Shown: positions 25,601 to 38,489 of the stretch, in pieces
Layout of the letters: the number at the start of each line of letters is the position of its first letter
Numbering within the stretch: the first letter of the stretch is position 1
From: Paraphysomonas bandaiensis
Lineage: Eukaryota; Protista; Chrysophyceae
Direction of reading: 5' to 3'
Length of the DNA: 64,000 nt
NCBI GenBank assembly: GCA_965644295.1
Contig: CBFFRP010000289.1
Coordinates: 1-64,000 of the forward strand
Program-made: the position numbers and the translations under genes
The notes under the pieces: generated by a model
Told to the model about the DNA's origin: nothing
The model's input: only the letters and a program-made list of their open reading frames with translations
The model's database searches: none

Positions 25601-27136
25601 CCAAAACCCAAATGTGGGACAGCACTTCGCGCTGCGCTCGTAACGGAACACCTGTAATTTTTGGCATATGATATGCACATTGATAACCTGCATACCGAAC
25701 AGCGAAGCTAACATCAAAAACAAACACGCACCCACATTTGTGACTTCAATATAAGGCATTCCCACAAGAGACAAGCAATAATCACCGAAATTGCCGTCGT
25801 TCCAAAGGAAGTATCCAATAAAAAGTCCCATAAATGCCGACGAGGACAAGGACTTCTTGAGCACCTCATACTCTCTGAATTTAACAAAGAAGGCTCTCTC
25901 CACTACAGTAGGAGTCTTTTTAACCAGACGTAACGATTCTTTGATGTCAAAATATCCGAAAAAAGGAACGCTGTTCACAGGAAGAACTGCAATGGACTTT
26001 GTATCTTGTCTGGGTGCAGGGTTGGTGAAATACGGAGAGGCCTCGAATTGTGTCTGAAGCGTCTCAGGAGAGGGGGCTTTTCTTGCCCCAGTGGGCCTTT
26101 CCACACCATCTGCAATGTCCAGTAAAAAATCGGCTGTATCCATTCCATCCTTCAAGGAATAGTCCATAGGTCCAGAGCAGTAGAAGCGAGTTATGTTACT
26201 CCGCTCTGACGCATATATGGTTCGGCCACCAGAGAGCACGACAACCCTATCTAACTGTGCAAATACCTGTGCCGATGGCTTGACAAGAGAAGTCACCACA
26301 GTATGACCTTTTTCAGTGAATCGGTGCAGACATTCAACCAATTTAGCGGATACAATGGCATCGAGATCTCTGGTGGGGTCTTCCAACACGAGCACCGGTG
26401 GGAGATTTACAAACTCTACAGCTACACTTAGTCGGCGCAACTCACCGCCTATATTACCCCTGGTTGTCGGGCGCTCAGGAATCAAACGATCTTTGCACCA
26501 GACCAGTTCCATCATGCCCAGGATCTGCATCACCCGCTCGTATATGTACGCCTCCCCTTCCAGTGTCGGCATATGGGAGATATCCATGCGCAGTCTGGCT
26601 GCGTATGTGATCATCTCTAGGTAAGACAAACCTGCCGTGTAAAGTTTATTTGCTGCTCTTGGAACAAAAGCAATTGATCGATCCACATTAGACTTCACTC
26701 CTGAACCTGTTAGGAAGACATCGCCACTAAAATCGCCGTGATTGCGTCGATTGCATATTAGCTCCATTATCGTCCTAGGGGTAACTTTCAGTAATGCAAA
26801 AATGTAAAAAAATACAAACCGTCTTTCAGCAGGATCGCTTGACAGCACAGCTGTAACTTGTGAGGGGGGAGCAACAAACGACACATCATGGAGAGGTGCT
26901 GATTTCTCCTGTTCATAGCAGTGTCAGACAGAGCAAACACAATACAACAAACGAACCGCGTGAACGAAATAGTTAATAGGTTTGGCCAACATCTTGGGTA
27001 AATAAGTGTTAACACCACCGAGAGCCCACTGCACAGTGGCGGAAGATGGCGTGTACTTAAGTTTGACCACATTGAGATGTACGCGGTCCTCCTTGTCGAT
27101 TCCGGGATGTTCTGCTGGCTTCGTAACAGTGGACAT
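22606..27136 (-). CDS. Full-size ABCG/PDR-topology ABC transporter (NBD-TMD-NBD-TMD), multi-exon
   Basis: NBD1: GGELRRLSVAVE, VLEDPT. TMD1: FRYERS, INPLRWAYEAL. NBD2: GAEGAGKS, FGQRRRLSIAEE, LIDEP. TMD2: SIIRWFSQGLFINEY. Confidence 0.9.
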
Positions 27137-27323
27137 CTTGTCCTCTTAGCAAACAGAGTTAAGTGATCAGTTGAGCATAATGATAGGGCGATATATGTAG
27201 CTTGACCTCAATCCCTAACCATATGAATGAAAACACATACACGCACAGGCAGGCAGATTGTCGTTGAGACGATGGGATGCGGATGACAACTCACACACAC
27301 TGCTGTGCTATCATCATACCACC

Positions 27324-27361
27324 CCACTGTACTCCACTGTACTCCACTGTACTCCACTGTA
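27324..27361. repeat. (CCACTGTACT) x about 4 tandem repeat in the ABCG/TPC divergent spacer
   Basis: ccactgtactccactgtactccactgtactccactgta read directly. Confidence 0.85.
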
Positions 27362-27605
27362 GTCGGATTTGAACAGAGTAGTATACGGTATATGGTATAG
27401 ATACGGATACCATCTGCAGATACGATGAGTGTATACCGGCGTATAGGCGTATGCTATTGTATACCTACAGAGTATGCACTGCTGTCATGTCTTAAGGAAG
27501 AGCAGAGCACAGAGATGATCGTCGACCCGCCTGCTGTGTTCTGATCCACATGTATATCGTATGCCACTGTGTTGTATAATTTCCCTGTGGTAGTCAGAGT
27601 CAGGT

Positions 27606-30600
27606 ATGGATATTAACATAGGTCCAACTCTGCGACGAAAGCAACAGGAATGGGTTGAGCTCTTAGATATTAAAGACATCGAGTACTATGAGCCTCCTCC
27701 GTGCACGCTTAGCCGTGAAAATAAGTACATTGTTGCATCTCTGTACTTCAGTGACGGTGCTCAGGGCAGGAGTGTGTTCTATCCCCGTTCGCCGGTTGAG
27801 GTTAAGTGCTATCAGATAACTCGGTCGCAGCCATCCCTATTATTTTATAGTCTCGTGTGCTTCATTCATATGTCACTGCCATTTTTTGAGAGACCGAGTT
27901 GTCCGTGGACATCAGAAATCAACAATGAGGTGGACTATAATTCAAGTGAATCTGATGGAAATTACTTCAATCGGGACACTATCACCGCCCTTCAGTTTAG
28001 CTGCCTTTCTGTATACATGGCAGAACTGGCAATTCGGTTAAATATTTATGGTGGTGTGGGAAGTAAGCTATATCAGGACAAATGGGTACTTTTAAGACTT
28101 GTGTGCTGTATTTTTTTGATACTTGACGGCGCTCTGAGTTTCATGGAGGTGCGGTTCGGTTTGTGCCTTGTACCAATCATATACATATCACGCAGGAAGA
28201 GTTTGCACCAAATTGTTGAAGGAATGTTTTTGGCAGCCTATAAGTGTATTCCGGTTTTTACTTTGCTTTTTATCTTGATAATGCTGTGGAGTTTTGTTGG
28301 TTTACTTGTATTTCGTAACGTCGACATGTCAGCTGGTTCGAAGTTCGACACACCGTGGGAATCTTTCCTTACATGTCTTCAGGCATATGCTGCCAGAAGT
28401 TTCGTCCCCTTTGTACTTACTCCTTATTTCGAAGTGAACTCTATGGCATCTTTTTTTTTCGTGTCGCTTACAGCTATCACTGATATCTTGTGCACGGCAC
28501 TTATTATTGCTATCGGCAATAGGCAGTATCGCATCTACGCCACAACTGTCTTCAATAAGCACCTTCGGAACAGAAAACAGGCAATCATATCATTGCATCG
28601 CATTCTTCTATCTGATGCTAGTAATGGAGCAAGAGATAGATCTCACGTGCGAGTGTCACGCAGTGCCTGGCTGGGACTTTGCAGAAGGGTGAGGGGACCC
28701 TCCTCAGATAGACTCGCCCACATGATGTTCAACACTGAATGTGACCCTGACAGTGATGATGTGTCCTGCGCTGGCCTTTTTCGACTATGTGCGCTGCTTG
28801 ACTCACGATTCACTGTCAATGTTGAAGCTGAAAATGATGACTCTATTGTTGGAACTGTGGAAGTACGAGCGTGCAATACAGATAGCACGGGCGGGGAGTG
28901 GCCGATACGCTCTCTTGTCAATGCAACTCTTATGTGGGAGTATCTGTTGGGCGGGTGGAAATGGCCATTTGGGAAACGAACTAATGATAAGGTAGATGAG
29001 GAGAAAGAAAGAAATTGTTCACACACTATGAACCCCCTCGAGCCTCAACCGGTGCAGCGGGCAATATCAACTGAGAGCACTCGATCCACCGACTCGGGTT
29101 CAGTTAATGATGGGAAGAGGATGGGACATAAGCGCAAACGGGGTTCTCTACTACAAACTAACATGATCAAGCAGCAAGTGCTTGATTCCCAGGTGCGGAG
29201 GAGTATGGTAGAAGGGGGATGGGATAGAGAAGGGAATATTAGAAGGTTCTTAAGGGCTTGTGGAACATATATTCAGCTGGCTTCGTCTGAAGTGGTGTCC
29301 TATGCCCTGTCTGTACCGTACTTATCGCCTCTTCGATTATGCGTGTTCGATATATGTGTTGTGCTGTCGCGGGTGTTACTTGTTATTCAATTGGTGCACT
29401 ATTCTGATCCAGATGCCCATTTTGTATGGACAAGTCTCGGTTGGGCCCTTGAAACCTTTTTCTGGGTAGAAATGTTGCTCTTAGTGTTCGCTAGTGGCTG
29501 GGCTACATACCTTCGCACGCATGGATATGGAATCACAGTTGCGGTAAACATTTCTAGTCTAGGTATAATGGCGTCTCTTGGTAGCGATTTAACAGCAGAA
29601 AAGAGTCGGAGCGTGCTGTATGTTTTTTTAATTATTATCCAATGTTTCAGGCTCACTGGTGGGGTAGGTCAGATAAAGGGCGCCGCGCTTTTCAATTCTC
29701 TTACTCCTCTTATTGCTAGAGTGGTGTTCATTATATTCTGCGTAATTTATTTTTTCGGTGTATTCGCGTTCAATAGGTTCTGCAATGCCCTAAAGGTAGA
29801 GAACGCTGTTGATAATGATGACTTTACTGCCGGATGGGAGCCCTATCATGAACTTCTGAACTTTCATACATTTGGACATTCTCTTTTGACTCTCTTTGAA
29901 CTTAGTGTGTTAGGAACGTGGAGTAGTACAATGAATGTGGCCAAGAAAGTGGATGCTGTCTCAGCGCTCCTTTTCTTTTATACTTATCGATTAATGATGT
30001 GCCTTGTGGTCTACCCTATACTGAATGCGTTCATAATACAGGCATTCATATCTCGGCACGACCGTGTTGCTTCGAACGAAACTAAGAAAGAGGATATGTG
30101 GCAGCCGGATGTAGAAGAAGGGACATTGAAAAGGGATAATAGAGACGTCGAGCTATCTGTTGTAGACAGATGGGGTAGAAAATGGGGCAAAAGTGATACC
30201 GACATTAGTGTAGATGATATAGAAGAGCAGATGGAAGACATATCCCGGCCCAGATGCTCTTCAGCCGATTCGCCATTTCGAAGTGTGTCTTCGTCATACA
30301 GTAAAACATCGAATTCCTTAACTGCTAGAAAACGAGTCTCTGTAGGTGAGTATTTTTGTTTGTAATCGGCAAATCATTCAATGACACTCTTATCTGTGCA
30401 GCTATGGATACACACCAAATAGCAACAGATACAAGTAAGATTTCGTATTATATCTACCACCAGTTATAATTTTTGCTTAATCAGTGATCTCTTTTTGGTC
30501 CCCTTCGGGTACGGAGCGCCACAAGGAGACCCAAGATTCCGGGATGGACAGGCAGAGTATTGCGGAACTGAAGGTGCGTTTGGAGTATCTTGAGCGGAGA

Positions 30601-30723
30601 CACAGAAGCGATGTCGCAAGAATTGCAGCTTTGGAAAGTGTACGTAAATCCGAGCCTCAGGTTTCATCTGTATCTTCGTTATTTGAGAGTGCGGATCATG
30701 ATCATATTGTTGACGACGATTGA
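27606..30723 (+). CDS. Two-pore channel (TPC)-like cation channel
   Basis: Two 6-TM repeats; LPFFERPS; pore 1 FDTPWESFLTCLQAYAARSFVP..PYF; degenerate EF-hand-like linker; pore 2 LNFHTFGHSLLTLFELSVLGTW; short 3' exons ending at TGA 30723. Confidence 0.8.
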
Positions 30724-31679
30724 TGTCCTATGCGATGTTCCAAGGAAATATTTCTGTCTTCGAACATGTTTTATTTGTTTGTAGTGTGAGTGGCGTCAAT
30801 TAAAGGTAATGAATATGTCAGTAAATAAATCCAACTTTGATGATGATACGTATCCGACAAGTAGTTTACGTAAAACGTTCATAGATAGCTGGCAAGCCAG
30901 TAATAATATATTATCTTTGGCTAGACCATCTAATACATACAAAGATATTTGAGCTTCATAAGCTTTATCTCCCTCTTCAAATACTATTTTGACAGGAATA
31001 TAACCTTTCATCTCAATAATATGATGTCCATCTATCTGCCACTTTAAATCTTACAGTATTGTAAATAGTAAATATCAAATCCTACGTATGTATCACTGAG
31101 TATATACCAGTCAAAACATCAAAAAATAGCTGTACGTACTGAAGATCAGTTCAGTGATAGAACATACATGCGAGCATAACTCAGTACTGTCAAGAGAAAA
31201 GAGCACCAATACAATGTAGTGTTACATTGTATAGTAGCCTGTAAAGTATTATATTGTACACACGAATACTGTCTATCTGTCCATCAAGCTTATCACCGCA
31301 TGTACACTTACAAATACTCTCTTACAACAGTGGTGAACTTACAACTTACAGCTCCCGTCGTAAAACAACATTCTTATCTACACACAATACCTTAAGCTTA
31401 TTTGACAATTGTACCATACTCCAAACTGATAAACACTTCTTCTCGTCATTCCTTGCAACTTGTTACATATTGAGTAGCTTTACTACAGCCTACAGCCCAT
31501 CAAAAATTTGCAATATTAGTTCTCAGCTAATATATATTTGGGTATTTTATAACAATTCATTATAAGCTTATAGAATACCGCATTTGAACACTATGTTCTT
31601 GGTCTCAAATAGCTGCATCGTTTCATCATATTTAACTTGAAGCAAAACCCAACAATGTCAACCAAGAAATTCTTATACG

Positions 31680-32030
31680 AAGGTAGTAAAATATCTGTCT
31701 TAAATCATTTTGCTTGACTTGTCAGCAAGTAACTTTTTAGCAGGAGAGAAGCGTATGATACCACTTTTAAAAGTACGCCGTTTCATGCTCTCGTTGCTTA
31801 AAGCTCGATAATATATTGTATCATCACTTTTGCGTATCAGAGAAAATAAGCCAACAGAACGACGCTGACAGCTCAGTCTTGTGGCAACTCATACAGTTGT
31901 ATTAATTCATATAAACCATTTGCTGCATCCAAAAATACTGCATGTACATAACTTCTTTATATCTAGGTTAGGCATATAATATACTGACCCTTGAAAGCAA
32001 GTAGCTGAACCCTGAAATAGCTCACACCAT
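31680..32030 (-). pseudogene. Possible highly decayed Copia RNase H relic
   Basis: Minus-strand fragments KEVMYMQYF and KKLLADK echo KEALWLR and MLADxxTK; many stops. Confidence 0.25.
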
Positions 32031-32074
32031 ACTCATTATATTTTTTTCTCTCGTTTCAACACAATATTATTCAT

Positions 32075-32195
32075 TGAAGCCAGCAGATTTCAGGTATATC
32101 AACATTCTTATTGCTCACTGCGTTTGCTTTGAGTGATAGTAGAGCGAGAAAGTGGTTGCACATGGGTTCTTGCGGTGACGCACAAGAAGCAGATT
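32075..32195 (-). repeat. Repeat family A copy
   Basis: GCTCACTG(C/T)GTTTGCTTTGAGTGAT is shared with about 55175-55200; reverse hairpin core at about 32150-32186. Confidence 0.75.
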
Positions 32196-32604
32196 TTTTA
32201 GGATAATATCAGAGTTAAGTATTATTGACTCTTTTAAACGCCTTGCAAATATAAAAACATCCACTCACTTTTATAAACCTCATAAAATACTGTCCTTTAT
32301 ACCTGTATTCTTCACGAACTGACAAAATTCAAAAATCTTAAGCCTTAATTGCTCAGCCAATTGCAAATAATCTTAACATAGATATTATCATCATGTACAC
32401 CTTTCACATAATATACCTATTACATTAGATATATAATATATTTATCCCAACTCTGCAATATAATAAGTTGAGAGCAATTGAAACAATCATTTTTCCTATC
32501 TGATGGAATACGTATATATTTTCCTTTAAGATAAAAAATATTGCAAACACAACTGTAATACGTTGTCAAAATACTTTATCGCAATAATATTATAACTGTG
32601 AAAC

Positions 32605-33045
32605 TGAAGTCTGATTATTATCAATAGGCGTGAAAGAGTTAGAACTAATTTTGCAAAACAATTTAACTAACTAGTGCTTAACTCTGATATCCTACTATTT
32701 TGCGCTACGAAAGCTGCTTTTTGTGCGCTACTGCAAGCGCCAAGGTGCAACCACTTTCGCTCTCTGTTCTGAGGGTGAACATCCCGGATGCTTGACTTCA
32801 GCAGGCAGCCCAATAGCTTAGATGCTATTTTGAGGTGGTCTCATTCCCGGATGCTTGTTAATTCGTCAAGGCCCAAAGACGTCTACACAAGTGATACTTG
32901 TACCTAACAAGCATTTGGCTATGAGTGGGCAGAAGAATATCTGCTGGCGATATCCGGCTCGCGATAGTTTACCGGAGAAATATCTCCAGCGCCTATCCCC
33001 CAGAACCCCACCACATGAATGTGCGAGTCCAACTTTGTTGAGGAT
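32605..33045 (+). repeat. Repeat family A, long copy
   Basis: Hairpin core followed by CATCCCGGATGCTTGA, CCAAAGACGTCTACACAAGTGA and GCTATGAGTGGGCAGAAGAAT, all matching the reverse complement of 36810-37280. Confidence 0.85.
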
Positions 33046-33592
33046 AAAAGTATGTGGGTTATGAGCTTTTTACAAAATAAAGCTATTGCGGACGCAATAA
33101 TAATCTATATAGTCTGACGACTAAACGTTTCTTCAACGATCTAAGTATTTAAATGAGCAAAAGTCGATGAAGTCCTCGTCAACTGTACCGAATACTGAAT
33201 AACAAGCTAAGTAAGAATTTTATATATCAGGATTACTCAGCATTTAGTAGTTTATAGTATATGGTATATGTAGCGTGGGTGTCTATTTAAATTTCTTAAG
33301 TAATATTACATATCAACTGCGAATAATTTTAACGCCTACTATATTCGTGCGAAAGTAGACGGAGGGGAAAAGAGAATTGTCATAATCTTTCAATTGGTCT
33401 TCTTATCATTTAGTGAATAAAGTTAACAACGATATATGCCCGGCACTAGTATTCATTTACCTCAATGTCAATAACAGCCTCTAGCAATCGAAACTATCAC
33501 TGATCCAATCACGAATCGTCATAAGTAAGCAAGTGATCATGCAGCAATTGTCAAAGTCGTCAATATCATAACATCAGGTAATTTAAGCATCA

Positions 33593-34337
33593 TTAGTCAG
33601 AGAGTAAGTCACATTTCTCACACTGTATATCTTCTATTAAAGACCTAACCCTACTTTCACATTCCAATATTTTTCCTGTAGCATACGTGGAATCCGCTTG
33701 TGTCATTGGCACACCAATATGGTCAGCAAGAGCAGGGTTGTGATCCCGAATCAAATCTAAATGTTTCGCAGCAACTAAAACTAGTTTCTGACTTTCACAT
33801 CGCTGTACGTCCGCTATGCAACGAGCCAAACTTTCCATGCTACGATTCTCTAATACTCTCTACGGAATTAGAAAAAGATTAGGATCATAACGCTAAAGTA
33901 TGCTATTGATACCTGAATGCTAATGATAGTATTGCTGATTGCTTTAAACCGTGCAGTCACTTCGGCACCTAAGAGCAGATACTGTGTTAAACTCAAGTAC
34001 TACCCACAAAAGACACCCCCACATAGCAATGTATACTCCGATATTCGATTTTCAGACAGCAAAACCTGTAGAGCAGTATCAAACTCAGTGTATACCTGCA
34101 CACATGCCCTAAGCGCACAACAGACAGTTACTTGTATGTTCGTACCTGTACTCGCTCCCCTTGCATTTGTAAGAAGGCATCCACCAACTTAACATCATCG
34201 CAGCTGGAAAACTCAATGTCCTCACTCTGCGGCCCAGAACAAGGCTCACCTGAGCTAGAGGGAACAGAGACGCAAGCAGAGTGGGCTCCAGAAGACATTC
34301 TCTCCTCGAGGATTTTATAGCACGATTCAAAATCCAT
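33593..34337 (-). CDS. REX1-B (Required for excision 1-B) domain protein, about 4 exons
   Basis: FLQMQGERVQ..YTEFD..VTARFKAIS..VQRCESQKLVLVAAKHLD..IEDIQCE fits the REX1-B pattern. Confidence 0.65.
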
Positions 34338-34725
34338 CTTACCGCTAGAATATTAAGAACTGGTGCAGGATGAGCGACGCGGATGTGTTTGTATACGCAC
34401 AACTCTCTTGTGTGAGGAAGAGTAAACACAAGAATCCCTGGCACATTTGCTGTATATACCGTGCACTACGACGTACGTATAACTATAGTTGGAAAGTACG
34501 TATAACTATATGAGAAATAGTTTGCCTATGGTACAGACCGTTGATCATATCGAGAGTGCACTGTACTGTAAAATTAACCATACGGCACCAAATTCTTGGC
34601 ATACACATACTGTACCCTACTGCGTATTCCTATCATTCTGTACACATTTCTGAGTGAAAATACCACATTCTCAGCTCAGTCCTCACTAGTCTAGAAGCCT
34701 GAAGTGTCTGTCATAGACATCGAAG

Positions 34726-36048
34726 ATGAAGTGTTACCTGACTTCGCATCATTTATATGCTAAGTTGTTCCCTGTAACGAAATTGTTTGTCAGAAGAGCT
34801 CGTTGTATTCATGGATCAGTGCGTTCGGCCTTTATTAGTGGTGAAAGATATTTCTCCGTTGTACCTCCGGTATCTGCTCCTGCGTCGCCATCTATACACT
34901 TTTTCGCTAACCTCCTAGCACCCAAACTAGAGTTGAGCGTGCAAGATACACGTGCTATATTAGAGGAAAATGAGAGCATGTTATCTGAATTGGAAAACGA
35001 CATGATAGACAAAGGCATGCATGTTGTTATGTCTGACGAGAACGTCTCTGTGATTGATACACTTCACACGATTGATGAGCGTCAATGCTCAATTACGAGA
35101 AGTCTTCATTTTAATGAGAATATAGATTTTATTCAGACTTCTGTACCTGTTAACTCGGATAGTGGTGCGGTCGATTACACCATGGATCTGCCGTTCGACA
35201 CGGCCTCACACATTATTGGATTTTCGTTTGCGTTTTTGCTACATTTTCTAAACGGACCATGCGCTGGCAGCCACACTATCCGCCGCTGTGCTGTGCTTGG
35301 TGCAGGAGGGTGCACTTTACCTGTAGTTGCTGGGCATCTATACCCTTGTGCTGACATTCATGCAGTTGAGCTGAGTCGGTCTGTTATAGCAGCTGCCTCC
35401 CAATGCTTCGAGCTCAGCGATATGCTCAATGCTGGATCCTTCAAACTGCATGAAGGGTGCGGAATCAAATGGCTTCGAGAGCATAGTGCAGAGGGAAAAA
35501 AATGGGATTTACTATTTGTAGATATATGTAACCCAACTGCGACCGAGAATTGTGTTGTTGCTGCACCGCCAAGTGATGTTCTATCCGCTAGCGGCATTCG
35601 TGACCTGATAGACTCGGTGGAATCGGGAGGGGTTCTTGCGATAAATGTACTTGCCACCTCTGTAGGGACGGCAGAGACTCTTGAAAAAGTAACGAATGCT
35701 CTCTGCGAGAGTAGTGTTGGGCCATTGCACGTTGGGATGATGCCATTGCACACCACCGCGAACACGACACATTCGTGTGTCAAACCGAGTGACTCTATGG
35801 ACGAAGATGATAAACCGAGCCTACCCGCTAGAAGCAATAGTATCATATTTGTGGTGAAAACTCCCTCCAAGTGGTACATGAATTTGGAACAATGTAGTTC
35901 TGGGGAAGCAATTAGGCAAGCGAAAAAAGATTTTTTGAGTTCGTTCAACTACACGAATACTCGGGTTAGGTTTCCATTTGATAGAAATGATGTCGAAAAA
36001 GAACTATCTAGTTGGATGAACTGCTATGTGTACTATAACATTAAGTAG
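34726..36048 (+). CDS. Class I SAM-dependent methyltransferase (spermidine synthase/METTL13 C-terminal-like)
   Basis: CAVLGAGGCTLP, AVELS, WDLLFVD, GGVLAINV. The basic N-terminus could be an organelle targeting peptide. Confidence 0.8.
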   Translation: MKCYLTSHHLYAKLFPVTKLFVRRARCIHGSVRSAFISGERYFSVVPPVSAPASPSIHFFANLLAPKLELSVQDTRAILEENESMLSELENDMIDKGMHVVMSDENVSVIDTLHTIDERQCSITRSLHFNENIDFIQTSVPVNSDSGAVDYTMDLPFDTASHIIGFSFAFLLHFLNGPCAGSHTIRRCAVLGAGGCTLPVVAGHLYPCADIHAVELSRSVIAAASQCFELSDMLNAGSFKLHEGCGIKWLREHSAEGKKWDLLFVDICNPTATENCVVAAPPSDVLSASGIRDLIDSVESGGVLAINVLATSVGTAETLEKVTNALCESSVGPLHVGMMPLHTTANTTHSCVKPSDSMDEDDKPSLPARSNSIIFVVKTPSKWYMNLEQCSSGEAIRQAKKDFLSSFNYTNTRVRFPFDRNDVEKELSSWMNCYVYYNIK

Positions 36049-36809
36049 GGGTGTAATCTATATGCAAGGCATTGAATAATAACGGTATTAACCTTTGACT
36101 GTTATTATTCTCCTGTGCAAGAGCCTGAAGTTTGAAATGCAAAAAGTCTCTCAGTATGTATAGGGCCAAGACAACCCAAAGAGATATCCTGAGGATGACC
36201 GATGAATGCGAGGGTGTTGTGATGCTGGTGCCCTATATTCAATCTGTCCTGTGGGCAATGCAATAGGTCTTTGTAAATTGAATTCCTATTTAAGATGTGC
36301 TTTTTCACCTTTGATGGCGGATACATACCAATGAGGATAATGACAATGTATTTAGACCTTGTGTCTTTTGTAGCTAGAAAAGCTGTAGAATAAAATGTGT
36401 CTACGTTTATTCTATTTTTCATTAGTCACAGCAAAACCATAAACTTCCAATTTCCACTAGTGATTCCCACAATGATAGTGCAACGAAAATTCAGCCAAAT
36501 TGGAAGTCAAATACGCATAACAAAGGACTATAGAATATAGCCAAGTAAGCGTATTGCGTATTCTATTCGAAATGGGTTTTACTATGCATATGTCATCAAA
36601 AAGCTGTTCCTTCAATTCAAGGTGTTGAGCGTTGAAGTTTTTGAGCAATTAAAAGCAGCAATTCTAAGGGGATTGTTACCTGAAGAGTACAGCAGTACTT
36701 TAGACACAGTATTTAGACACAACAAAAAACTCAATCATACAAACTGTATTAGGATTAAGCTTAGTGCGAGATTGTATCTGCGGGTTATAATGTTCAATAA
36801 AATATATCA

Positions 36810-37280
36810 TCCCTCAACAAAGTCGGACTCGCACCTTTTTGTGGTGTTCTTGGGGATAAGTACCGGAGAGACTCACTCTGGGAAACTAAAGTGAGCCCAC
36901 ATTCTTCTGCCCACTCATAGCCAAATGCTTGTGTGATACATCAATAAGTGTCACTTGTGTAGACGTCTTTGGACCCTGACGAATAAACAGGCATCCGGAA
37001 ATGGGCCCACCTCAAGGGCATCCGGGACAGGCAAGGACCACCTCAAGGGTAACCGGGGTATTGGGCTACCTGCTGAAATCAAGCATCCGGGATGTTCACC
37101 TTAAGAACTCAGAGCGGAAGTGGTCGCACCTTGGTGCTTGCGGCGACGCACAAGCTGCTTCCGTAGCGTTAAATAGTAGGATAAAAAAAGTGTGTACTGA
37201 TTAGTTACAGGTAGAGGTCTAACTAGTTTGTCTAGCATTCATCTAGCTACTATTACTAATAATAAGACTTTCAATATAAT
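36810..37280 (-). repeat. Repeat family A, long copy
   Basis: CCCTCAA(C/T)AAAGTCGGACTCGCACC is shared with 54822; the right part matches the 17463 and 49410 copies. Confidence 0.85.
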
Positions 37281-37290
37281 AATATTATTA

Positions 37291-37485
37291 TGAAAATATA
37301 TGAACTGAATTAGAGAGAGTATCTGTTGAAGATATATATGATCGTTTTCATAACGTCGTAATTATCAGTTACACTTCTAACTATTCCGTTGTTGTGCATG
37401 ATAGTTATGTTTTATATTGATATTCATAATTCTCACTCTATTGTGTTCTTTACTACTTTACACTCTAATAATCACAATAGTAAGA
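37291..37485 (+). mobile_element. Truncated LTR of the 8769 Copia family
   Basis: ATGAACTGAATTAGAGAGAGTATCTG..TTATCAGTTACACTTCTAACTATTCCGTTG..CACTCTAATAATCACAA. Confidence 0.85.
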
Positions 37486-38239
37486 CACGTTTGAACAGAG
37501 CGTTAGTACCACCACGCACATGTGCGTATCTTGTATAGTCGCGTATCTTATCTTATATAGTTTGGTTATTTTTCAGTCTATTTGATATTATTTCATTGTA
37601 TACATACATGTTGAGCCACTAAAACCTCGCCTTGAAAGTAACCTCATCTCGCTTGACCCTAAACACGAATATTCCCCTTATATAAAAACCTCTGATTATT
37701 ACAACATGAGAACGGCCGTGTACAGAAACTAGTTTTACATCTATCTACTATATACTAACTAATAACTGGACATTCAAGCTATATACTACTAGTGGCGGGC
37801 AACCGTCTCGGGACTGCTTGTGTATCGCTGCTAGCACCATGGTGCAACCGTCCCTTGTAGTGAGGTTAGTCGGGGGGTCTGCCTTTGGGCAGTGTGTCTG
37901 GCTGGCCTGTATCATGGGTTATGCGAGGAGTGGATGGGCGAGATGTATATGAGAGTGTAAGTCGATGGTGGAGATGGTGCTGGTTGTCGAGGTGGGGTTT
38001 CGGCCACAAGTAAGGAGGAGTTGTTTCCGGAGTGGTTGCGCTTGCCTCTGTCGGGATAGAATTCTAGGGATGGTTGTCGCCTGGAGTAGCTGGAGTATTT
38101 TTGGTGTCAGGTGAGTATCCTGGGACTGGCGTTGCTGTGAGTGTGTCGGTGTCGTGACCGGTGTTACTGGTGTTGTGTCTGCGTTGTGGTGTCTGAGTCC
38201 CCTATTTCAAAGCATGCGGAGCCCTGCCGAATTTTCCCC

Positions 38240-38374
38240 TTATTGCGACCCATCTGACCCATCTGCTGCCCAAATAATAGCAGGTTAGTCGTCATCCCGA
38301 TGCAATTTGCCGTGATGATACCACTTTGGAGTTCCAATTGGGTCGATTATATGAATTGATTCTACCGTCGTCAT
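38240..38374 (-). pseudogene. Virus-like LHRD-repeat protein fragment
   Basis: MTTVESIHIIDPIGTPKWYHHGKLHRDDD*PAIIWAADGSDGSQ*, matching the WYxxGxLHRDxDxPAxI..DG repeat common in giant DNA viruses and phages. Confidence 0.6.
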
Positions 38375-38489
38375 CGTTGCGCTTGTCGCCGTTTTGCGCT
38401 TGCCGTTGTCGCATTAGTGGTTGCACAAGTTGTAAAGTAAGTTGATATCGAAATCATTGGTGTGCAAAAAGAAGTAAAACCTGGATAGA

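Noticed and set aside
35358-35948. Long antisense ORFs (also 61536-62126, 23340-23744, 28643-29026)
   Set aside because: Shadow frames of well-supported genes on the opposite strand.
36970-37020. CTGACGA...GAAA resembling a hammerhead ribozyme core
   Set aside because: No stem II pairing, and the core is not conserved in the copies at about 32850 and 55015.
37785-37850. Hairpin plus CTAG as a Helitron 3' end
   Set aside because: In other family-A copies homology continues past the CTAG, so it is not a consistent terminus.
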